From positions 64,001-128,000 of the forward strand of contig CAWHTE010000004.1 of NCBI GenBank assembly GCA_963832165.1: a stretch of DNA of 64,000 nucleotides, given 5' to 3'. Below are positions 57,076 to 64,000 of the stretch, piece by piece (positions within the stretch are counted from its first letter, which is position 1; each line of letters opens with the position of its first letter). The stretch comes from an uncultured delta proteobacterium. Lineage in GTDB: Bacteria > Myxococcota_A > UBA9160 > SMWR01. A program made the translations under genes and the position numbers. Under the pieces are notes generated by a model. It was not told the DNA's origin, searched no databases, and saw nothing but the letters and a program-made list of their open reading frames with translations.

Positions 57076-57641
57076 CCGCGCGGCGCCTACTCATGTTGGG
57101 CCCCCCCGGGGCCGGGAAGGGCACCCAGGCGCAGCGTCTGGTGCAGAAGCTCGGGGTGCCGCAGATCTCGACGGGCGACATGCTGCGCGCGGCGGTCGCC
57201 GGAAAGACCGCGATGGGTCTCCTGGCGCAGGCGGTGATGGCGCGCGGCGACCTCGTGTCCGACGACATCGTGATCGCCGTGGCCGAGCAGCGCCTCGCTG
57301 CTGCCGACGCGCGGCGCGGCTTCATCCTCGACGGCTTTCCGCGCACGCCAGGCCAGGCGGCTGCGCTCGACGCCATGCTCGGGCGCCTCGGCACGCCGCT
57401 CGAGCGCTGCATCGCGCTCTCCCTCGACGACGACACCATCGTGCGCCGACTGCTCAAGCGCGCCGAGATCGAGGGCCGCAGCGACGACAACGAGGAGACG
57501 GTCCGCAAGCGCTTGAAGGTCTACCAGTCGCAGACCGAGCCGCTGATCGCCCACTACTCGCCGCAGGGCATCGTGCGCGCCGTGGACGGCAACGCGAGCG
57601 TCGACGAGGTGGCGAAGCGGATCGAGGAGGCGCTGTCGTGA
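57072..57641 (+). CDS. adk: Adenylate kinase (short, LID-reduced type)
   Basis: GPPGAGKGTQA, STGDMLR, LDGFPRT, GRSDD. Confidence 0.96.
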   Translation: MTARRLLMLGPPGAGKGTQAQRLVQKLGVPQISTGDMLRAAVAGKTAMGLLAQAVMARGDLVSDDIVIAVAEQRLAAADARRGFILDGFPRTPGQAAALDAMLGRLGTPLERCIALSLDDDTIVRRLLKRAEIEGRSDDNEETVRKRLKVYQSQTEPLIAHYSPQGIVRAVDGNASVDEVAKRIEEALS

Positions 57642-58429
57642 TGTCCTATCGCGAGCGGATCCCGATCAAGACGAAGCGCGAGCTCGAGACGATGCGCGAG
57701 GCCGCCCGCCACGTGGCCGAGATCCTGCTCGAGCTGCGGGAGCGGGTGAAGCCCGGCATCACCACGGCCGAGCTGGATCGGTTCGCCGAGAAGTCGATTT
57801 CGGCTCGGGGTGTGCGCTCGTCGTTCAAGGGCTACGATCCGCACGGCCTACCCAAGTATCCGGCCGTCCTCTGCGTCTCCGTCAACGACGAGATCGTCCA
57901 CGGCATCCCCGGACCGCGAGAGCTCGCGGAAGGGGACATCGTGAGTCTCGACTTCGGTGTCTCGGTGGATGGCTACCACGGTGATTCGGCCGTGACGGTG
58001 CCGGTCGGAGAGATCTCGGACGATGCGAAGCGGCTGCTGGAGGTTTCCCGGCAGTCCCTGAACGACGCGATGGAGGTGATGAAGCCCGGGGCCCGTCTGT
58101 CGGACCTCGGAAACGCTGTGCAGCGGACGGCCGAGGCCGCCGGCTTCTCGGTCGTGCGCGAGTTTGCGGGGCACGGGATCGGTCGCGCGCTCCACGAGCC
58201 GCCCTGGATCCCGAACTACGGTCACCCGGGACGCGGGCCGCGACTGCTGCCCGGCATGGTATTCGCGGTGGAGCCGATGCTCACCGCGGGCCGACCCGAT
58301 GTGCGAATGCTCGACGACGATTGGACCGCGGTGACCGCGGACGGGTCGCTGGCCGCCCATTTCGAGCACACGATTCTCGTGACCGAGGATGGCAGCGAGA
58401 CGCTCACGCGGATCGCGGGATCCCACTGA
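57641..58429 (+). CDS. map: Methionine aminopeptidase type I
   Basis: SVND.IVHGIP, DG.HGD, GHGIG..LHE.P, EPM, AHFEHT. Confidence 0.97.
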   Translation: MSYRERIPIKTKRELETMREAARHVAEILLELRERVKPGITTAELDRFAEKSISARGVRSSFKGYDPHGLPKYPAVLCVSVNDEIVHGIPGPRELAEGDIVSLDFGVSVDGYHGDSAVTVPVGEISDDAKRLLEVSRQSLNDAMEVMKPGARLSDLGNAVQRTAEAAGFSVVREFAGHGIGRALHEPPWIPNYGHPGRGPRLLPGMVFAVEPMLTAGRPDVRMLDDDWTAVTADGSLAAHFEHTILVTEDGSETLTRIAGSH

Positions 58430-58442
58430 TTCGAGGCATGTG

Positions 58443-58556
58443 ATGAAGGTGAGAGCTTCCGTCAAGAAGATCTGTGCGAAGTGCCGCGTCGTCCGGCGCG
58501 GCGGGGTGATCCGCATCATCTGCGAGAACCCCAAGCACAAGCAGCGACAAGGCTAG
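58443..58556 (+). CDS. rpmJ: 50S ribosomal protein L36 (Zn-binding form; not in the ORF track)
   Basis: [37 protein letters not shown]. Confidence 0.97.
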   Translation: MKVRASVKKICAKCRVVRRGGVIRIICENPKHKQRQG

Positions 58557-58565
58557 GAGCACGCC

Positions 58566-58949
58566 ATGGCACGCATCGCTGGAGTCGACCTGCCGCGCAA
58601 CAAGCGGATCGAGATCGCACTGACCTACATCCACGGCATCGGGCACACGAGCGCCGCAAAGATCTGCGCGAAGGCCGACGTTCCGCCGGAGACCAAGACC
58701 GAACGCCTCGCCGACAGCGAGCTCGTGCGGCTGCGCGAGGTGATCGAGCACGACTTCACGGTCGAGGGCGATCTGCGCCGCGAGACCGCGCAGAACGTCA
58801 AGATGCTGATGGACATCGGCTGCTACCGCGGCCTGCGCCATCGCCGCGGGTTGCCGGTGCGCGGCCAGCGCACGCACACCAACGCGCGCACGCGGAAGGG
58901 TCCGGTGAAGACGGTGGCCGGCAAGAAGCAGGCGATCACGAAGAAGTAG
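58566..58949 (+). CDS. rpsM: 30S ribosomal protein S13
   Basis: [24 protein letters not shown]. Confidence 0.98.
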   Translation: MARIAGVDLPRNKRIEIALTYIHGIGHTSAAKICAKADVPPETKTERLADSELVRLREVIEHDFTVEGDLRRETAQNVKMLMDIGCYRGLRHRRGLPVRGQRTHTNARTRKGPVKTVAGKKQAITKK

Positions 58950-58956
58950 CAGGCCG

Positions 58957-58996
58957 CAAGTTTCACGAAGACCATCAGGTAGGCGAGCGCAGACCA
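58957..58996 (+). repeat. Rearranged junction repeat, rpsM-rpsK intergenic
   Basis: CAAGTTTCACGAAGACCA-TCAGGT-AGGCGAGCGCAGACCA; both repeat ends present, 3' end duplicated. Confidence 0.65.
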
Positions 58997-59011
58997 TCAG
59001 GAGAGTGAACC

Positions 59012-59392
59012 GTGGTGAAGGCCGGGAAGAAGAAGGTCAAGAAGAGCGTCCAGTCGGGTGTGGTGCACATCCAGTCGACGTTCAACAACACGATCATCTC
59101 GATCACGGATCCGTCCGGCGGCGTGCTCGCGTGGTCGAGCTCGGGCGGAGCCGGATTCAAGGGATCGCGCAAGTCGACGCCGTTCGCGGCCCAGGTGGCC
59201 GCGGAAGATTGCGCGAAGAAGGCGATGGAGCACGGAGTTCGACAGGCCTCCGTGTACGTCAAGGGCCCGGGTGCCGGCCGCGAGTCGGCGGTTCGCGCGA
59301 TCCAGGCGGCGGGGATCAAGGTGTCGTTGATCAGGGACGTCACCCCGATTCCCCACAACGGTTGTCGGCCGAAGAAGCGGCGACGCGTCTAG
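59012..59392 (+). CDS. rpsK: 30S ribosomal protein S11
   Basis: [32 protein letters not shown]. Confidence 0.98.
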   Translation: MVKAGKKKVKKSVQSGVVHIQSTFNNTIISITDPSGGVLAWSSSGGAGFKGSRKSTPFAAQVAAEDCAKKAMEHGVRQASVYVKGPGAGRESAVRAIQAAGIKVSLIRDVTPIPHNGCRPKKRRRV

Positions 59393-59405
59393 AGGACATC
59401 GAATA

Positions 59406-60032
59406 ATGGCTCGCTACAACGATGCGGTGTGTCGGCTCTGCCGTCGGGAGGGCACCAAGCTCTTCCTGAAGGGCGACCGCTGCTTCACCCCCAAGTGCGG
59501 CGTCGAGCGCCGCAGCTATCCGCCCGGACAGCACGGCCAGGGCAGGACGCGCTTCTCCGACTTCGGCGTGCAGCTGCGCGAGAAGCAGAAGGTCCGCCGC
59601 ATGTACGGCCTGCTCGAGAAGCAGTTCGCTCGCACGATGGACCGGGCGGCGCACATGAAGGGCCGCACGGGCGAGAATCTGCTCGTGTTGCTCGAGCGGC
59701 GGCTCGACAACATCGTGTTCCGGCTCGGCTTCGCGACGTCGCGCGCGGAAGCGCGTCAGCTCGTGCGCCACGGCCACTTCACGGTGAACGGGCGCAAAGC
59801 GAGCATCCCGTCGATGCTCTTGCGCGCGGGCGACGTCGTGATCCTGCGCGAGGGATCGCGCGAGATCGTGCGCATCACCGCCGCGCTCGAGGCGCTCGAA
59901 GGCAAGAGCGTCCCGGGCTGGCTCGACATCGACAAGACGAACTTCGCCGGCTCGGTGAAGCAGCTTCCGGTTCGCGAAGACATCACGATGCCCATTCAGG
60001 AACAGCTCATCGTCGAGCTGTACTCGCGCTAG
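59406..60032 (+). CDS. rpsD: 30S ribosomal protein S4 (Zn-finger form)
   Basis: CRLCRREG...C...[14 protein letters not shown]. Confidence 0.98.
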   Translation: MARYNDAVCRLCRREGTKLFLKGDRCFTPKCGVERRSYPPGQHGQGRTRFSDFGVQLREKQKVRRMYGLLEKQFARTMDRAAHMKGRTGENLLVLLERRLDNIVFRLGFATSRAEARQLVRHGHFTVNGRKASIPSMLLRAGDVVILREGSREIVRITAALEALEGKSVPGWLDIDKTNFAGSVKQLPVREDITMPIQEQLIVELYSR

Positions 60033-60045
60033 TCGCCCGTTTCGG

Positions 60046-60083
60046 CAAATTTCGCGCACCGAGCCGGAAACGAGCGAAGTCCA
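60046..60083 (+). repeat. Diverged 38-bp junction repeat, rpsD-rpoA intergenic
   Basis: CAAATTTCGCGCACCGAGCCGGAAACGAGCGAAGTCCA. Confidence 0.78.
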
Positions 60084-60097
60084 TCAGAGAGGGATTC

Positions 60098-61111
60098 ATG
60101 GAACGACAGGAAACGATTGCAAAGAATTGGCGGGAGCTGATCCGCCCCCGCGAGCTGGAGACGGACGGAGGCGAGTCCTACGGGAAGTTCGCCTGCGAGC
60201 CGCTCGAGCGCGGATTCGGCCTGACGCTCGGCAACGCGCTGCGGCGCGTGCTCTTGTCGTCGCTGCAGGGCGCCGCGATCACGTCCGTGAAGATCGGCGG
60301 CGTGCTGCACGAGTTCTCGACGATTCCGGGCGTGATGGAAGACGTCGCCGACATCGTGCTGAACCTCAAGGAGGTTCGGCTGCGCCTGCACGGCGAGGGG
60401 CCGAAGATCCTGCGCGTGCACCAGAAGGGCCAGGGCGTGCTGCGCGCGGGCGACCTCTCCGAGGACCCGACCGTCGAGGTGATGAACCCCGACAAGAAGG
60501 TCGCCACGCTCTCCGCCGACGCCGACGTCGAGCTCGAGATCACGGTCGACACCGGCAAGGGCTACGTGGGCGCGGAGAAGAACAAGTCCGAGGACATGCC
60601 GATCGGCACGATCCCGATCGACTCGATCTTCTCACCGGTCCACAAGGTCAACTACACCGTCACCCCCGCGCGCGTCGGCCGCGAGACCGACTTCGACCGC
60701 CTGTCGCTCGAGATCTGGACCGACGGCACGCTCGCGGCCGTGGATGCTCTCGCGTACGCGGCGAAGATCCTCAAGGAGCAGCTCGCGATCTTCATCAACT
60801 TCGAGGAGCCGTCCGAATCCCACCTGCCGATGATCGAGGAGTCGCGGCCGCTCAATCCGCACCTGTTCAAGTCGGTGGACGAGCTCGAGCTCTCGGTGCG
60901 CTCGGCGAATTGCCTCCAGAACGCGAACATCCGGCTGATCGGCGAGCTCGTGCAGCGCACCGAAGGCGAGATGCTCAAGACCAAGAACTTCGGACGCAAG
61001 TCGCTCAACGAGATCAAGGAAGTGCTCGCGAGCATGGGACTCGAGCTCGGCATGCGGCTCGAGGGCTTCCCGACGCGCGCCGAGATCGAGCGGATGCGGG
61101 AGCGCGACTAG
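60098..61111 (+). CDS. rpoA: RNA polymerase alpha subunit
   Basis: [35 protein letters not shown]. Confidence 0.98.
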   Translation: MERQETIAKNWRELIRPRELETDGGESYGKFACEPLERGFGLTLGNALRRVLLSSLQGAAITSVKIGGVLHEFSTIPGVMEDVADIVLNLKEVRLRLHGEGPKILRVHQKGQGVLRAGDLSEDPTVEVMNPDKKVATLSADADVELEITVDTGKGYVGAEKNKSEDMPIGTIPIDSIFSPVHKVNYTVTPARVGRETDFDRLSLEIWTDGTLAAVDALAYAAKILKEQLAIFINFEEPSESHLPMIEESRPLNPHLFKSVDELELSVRSANCLQNANIRLIGELVQRTEGEMLKTKNFGRKSLNEIKEVLASMGLELGMRLEGFPTRAEIERMRERD

Positions 61112-61114
61112 CTC

Positions 61115-61648
61115 ATGCGCCATCGCCTCAATACGCGCAAGTTCGGGCGCACGTCGGCACACCGGGTGTCGATGTTCCGAAACATGGTCTCGTCGCTGAT
61201 CGAGCACGAGAAGATCGAGACCACCCACGAGAAGGCGCGCGAAGTGGGCCGTCTGGCCGAGCACATGATCACGCTCGGCAAGCGCGGAGATCTGCACTCG
61301 CGACGCCAGGCGCTGCGCGTGGTGCGCGGGCGCGAGGTACACGCGAAGCTGTTCGGCGAGCTCGCCGAGCGCTTTGCAGATCGCACCGGCGGCTACACGC
61401 GCGTGCTGCGCACGCGTCGGCGCGCCGGCGATGCGTCCGAAATGTCGATCGTGTCGCTGCTCGAGTCGGCTCCGGCCGCGAAGGCGTCCGTGGAGAAGGG
61501 CGAGGCGGCTCCGAAGAAGAAGAAGGCCGCCGCGAAGAAGGCCCCGGCCAAGAAGGCCGAGAAGCCCGCGAAGAAGAAGACGGGCACCAAGAAGGCCGCC
61601 GCGAAGAAGAGCACGCGCAAGAAGAAGTCCTCCGCCAAGGACGAGTGA
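61115..61648 (+). CDS. rplQ: 50S ribosomal protein L17 with a Lys/Ala-rich tail
   Basis: MRHR, I.TT..KA, R.GGYTR, R.GD. Confidence 0.97.
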   Translation: MRHRLNTRKFGRTSAHRVSMFRNMVSSLIEHEKIETTHEKAREVGRLAEHMITLGKRGDLHSRRQALRVVRGREVHAKLFGELAERFADRTGGYTRVLRTRRRAGDASEMSIVSLLESAPAAKASVEKGEAAPKKKKAAAKKAPAKKAEKPAKKKTGTKKAAAKKSTRKKKSSAKDE

Positions 61649-61654
61649 TCGCGC

Positions 61655-62186
61655 GTGCGCGCCGGCGCGTGGGTACTCGCAGCGGTCGTGGCAGGCGCGA
61701 TCGGCTTTGCGATCTGGACCGGCTCGAGCGTCCCCGATCCGATCGGCCGCGGCAGCGCGGCGCCCGCGTTCACGCTGCCCGAGCGGCCCGGACCCGGCGA
61801 GATCTCGCTGGCTTCGCTGCGCGGCGCAGGTGGTGCTGCTCAACTTCTGGGCCACCTGGTGCGAGCCGTGCGAGCGCGAGATGCCCGCGATGAAGCGGCT
61901 CCACGAGAAGCTCGCGCCCGCGGGCCTGAAGCTCGTCGCGGTATCGGTCGACGAAACCAGCGAGCCGGTCGATCAGTTCCGCGAGCGCTTCCAGCTCACG
62001 TTTCCGATCCTCTGGGACTCCGATAAACGCATCTCCGACGCCTATCAGACCTATCGCTACCCCGAGACGTTCCTGATCGGCCGCGACGGCGTCGTGATCG
62101 AGCGCTACATCGGACCGCGCGAGTGGGACTCTCCGCTCTACGAGGCGCGACTGCGGCAGCTGCTCGAAGGGAAGGACGCGTCGTGA
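61655..62186 (+). CDS. TlpA/ResA-family thiol-disulfide oxidoreductase; apparent +1 frameshift near 61826
   Basis: TM anchor and APAFTL..SLASLRG in one frame; VVLLNFWATWCEPCEREMP...PETFLI in the next. Confidence 0.88.
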
Positions 62187-62311
62187 TCGAGGCACTGCGC
62201 AAGCGCCTGATCCGACTCCTGGATTCGCTCGACACCCTGATCTACGCGCTGCTCTTCCTGCTCGGCTTCGCGGCACTCGCGTACGCGGGATACGTCTCGA
62301 TCGTTGGATGA
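62183..62311 (+). CDS. Small single-TM hypothetical protein (42 aa)
   Basis: GTGA overlap with the tlpA stop; hydrophobic C-terminal half. Confidence 0.45.
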   Translation: MIEALRKRLIRLLDSLDTLIYALLFLLGFAALAYAGYVSIVG

Positions 62312-62368
62312 GCACCCTGGGTGCGAACCCACGCGCGCGCTACGGTTAGCGACCTGGGGGGGACGGCG

Positions 62369-62668
62369 ATGGGCGTGTGGCTCGCGATCGGTGTGGTCGC
62401 GATGGCGCTGGTGCTCGCGCTCACCGACGGGGAGTCGGGGCTGCGGACGTGGTGGGCGCTGCGCGACGACCTGCGCGCGGCGCAGGAGCGGATCGAGCGG
62501 CTCGAGAGCGACGTGGCGCACCTGGAGCGCGACAGCGGCGGACTCAAAGGTGCGGGCGAGTCGTTCGCACTCGAGCGCGCGATCCGCGAGCGCCTCGTGT
62601 ACGTGCGCGAGGGCGAAACGCTCGTGCGCCTCGATGCGCCCGGAGACACAAGTCCCCGGATTCCTTGA
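62369..62668 (+). CDS. ftsB: Septum formation initiator (FtsB/DivIC family)
   Basis: TM helix, G..GL, coiled coil, LERAIRERL.YVREGE. Confidence 0.8.
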   Translation: MGVWLAIGVVAMALVLALTDGESGLRTWWALRDDLRAAQERIERLESDVAHLERDSGGLKGAGESFALERAIRERLVYVREGETLVRLDAPGDTSPRIP

Positions 62669-62704
62669 AAAAAAGTTCTCGACACGTCACCCTGGGCCCA
62701 CGCC

Positions 62705-64000
62705 ATGCGCGCCGCGCTCCAACAGCATCTCCAGGATCTCGTGCAGGATCTGCTCGACGAAGCCGGAGTCACCGATCCGGTGCCCGACTTCACGCTCGAG
62801 GTGCCGCGCCAGGCCGACCACGGGGACTTCGCGTGCAACGCGGCGATGCTGCTCGCGAAGGCGCTGCGCGTGCCGCCGCGCGCGATCGCGGAGCAGCTCG
62901 CCGAGCGGCTCGCCGCGAAGGGCGGACTCGTCGCGCGCGTGGAGGTCGCGGGTCCGGGCTTCGTGAACATCTGGCTCTCGGAGTCGCGCTGGCGCGACCT
63001 GCTCCAGAGCGTGCTCGCGGCGGGGTCGCACTTCGGAGAGTCGAAGAGCGGCGCGAGCCAGCGCGTGCAGGTGGAGTTCGTGTCGGCGAATCCGACCGGC
63101 CCGCTCACGCTCGGCCACGGGCGCCAGGCCGTGCTCGGCGACGCGATCGCGCGGCTGCTCGAGGCGACCGGCCACGACGTCACGCGCGAGTACTACTTCA
63201 ACAACGGCGGCCGCCAGATGCGGATCCTCGGCGAGTCCGTGAAGGCGCGCTACCTCGAGCAGCTCGGACTCGCGGCGCCGCCGCCGCCCGAGGCGCTCGC
63301 CGACCCCGAGAACGCATGGGTGCAGTCGGTCGACGGCATGCCCGTGGCCTTTCCGAAGGGCGGCTATCAGGGCGACTACATCGGCGAGCTTGCCGCGGAG
63401 CTGCGAGGGCGCCACGGCGCGGCGCTCGTGGACGAGCCCGGAGACGGGATCTTCCGCGAGACCGCCGAGACCCAGATCTTCGGCGAGATCCGCAAGACGC
63501 TGTCGGCGCTCGGGATCGAGTTCGACGTCTATACCAACGAGCGCGATCTCTACACCTCGGGCGAGACCGACCGCGTGCTCGCCGATCTCGAGCGCGCGGG
63601 CCTGCTCTACGAGATGGACGGCGCCAAGTGGCTGCGCTCCACGGCGCGCGGCCTCGAGCGCGATCGCGTGGTCGTGAAGGGCACGGGTGAAGCCACCTAT
63701 CTGTTGCCCGATCTCGCCTATCACCGCCAGAAGTTCGCGCGCGGCTTCGACCGCGTGATCGACATCCAGGGCGCCGACCACAAGGAGCAGTTCCCGTACG
63801 TGGTCGTGGGCGCGGGTGCGCTGGGCTGTCCGGTCGATCGGCTCGAGCTCATCATGCACCAGTTCGTCACGCTCACGCGCGGCGGCGAGCAGGTGAAGCA
63901 GTCGACGCGCCGGGCCACCTACGTCACCGTCGACGAGCTGCTCGAGGAAGTAGGCGCCGACGTATTCCGCTTCTTCATGGTGCAGCGGCGCGCCGAGAGC
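62705..64000 (+). CDS. argS: Arginine--tRNA ligase (truncated by window end)
   Basis: HGDFACNAAM, VAGPGFVN, VEFVSANPTGPLTLGHGR, REYYFN, PDLAYH..K, GADH. Confidence 0.96.
   Translation, partial: MRAALQQHLQDLVQDLLDEAGVTDPVPDFTLEVPRQADHGDFACNAAMLLAKALRVPPRAIAEQLAERLAAKGGLVARVEVAGPGFVNIWLSESRWRDLLQSVLAAGSHFGESKSGASQRVQVEFVSANPTGPLTLGHGRQAVLGDAIARLLEATGHDVTREYYFNNGGRQMRILGESVKARYLEQLGLAAPPPPEALADPENAWVQSVDGMPVAFPKGGYQGDYIGELAAELRGRHGAALVDEPGDGIFRETAETQIFGEIRKTLSALGIEFDVYTNERDLYTSGETDRVLADLERAGLLYEMDGAKWLRSTARGLERDRVVVKGTGEATYLLPDLAYHRQKFARGFDRVIDIQGADHKEQFPYVVVGAGALGCPVDRLELIMHQFVTLTRGGEQVKQSTRRATYVTVDELLEEVGADVFRFFMVQRRAES

Overview
High-GC (roughly 70%) bacterial chromosome segment. Gene content (DUF4388, PilZ, scattered nuo genes, Thr-Tyr-Gly-Thr-tuf cluster) suggests a Myxococcota/deltaproteobacterial lineage, by inference only. 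About 1-28 kb is mixed metabolic DNA: heme synthesis (hemE, hemN, hemG/Y, hemH), a Pcs-type phospholipid synthase, split complex I genes (nuoB; nuoI-C-D), a lipase-tesA-ybbAP block, an MtoAB/MtrAB-type porin-decaheme cytochrome cluster with NapC-like and monoheme cytochromes, fluC and tRNAs. About 28-64 kb is the core transcription/translation region (tRNAs, tuf, secE-nusG-rplKAJL-rpoBC, str, S10, spc and alpha operons, argS), with an orphan TadG-like gene between rpoC and rpsL. Most notable: (1) a ~38-bp repeat (consensus CAAGTTTCGCGCAGCGAGCCGAAGGCGAGCGAAGACCA) at about 12 loci, always on the sense strand at gene junctions, built from tandem GNA-triloop hairpins, and translated in one frame (QVSRSEPKASEDH) at the ends of several proteins including ribosomal protein L30; (2) a ribosomal super-operon cleanly lacking rplC (L3), rplX (L24) and rpsN (S14), with rpmG and infA also absent from common positions; (3) a four-component extracellular electron transfer cluster. 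Four +1 frameshifts (hemN, tuf, rplD, tlpA) are most likely sequencing errors.
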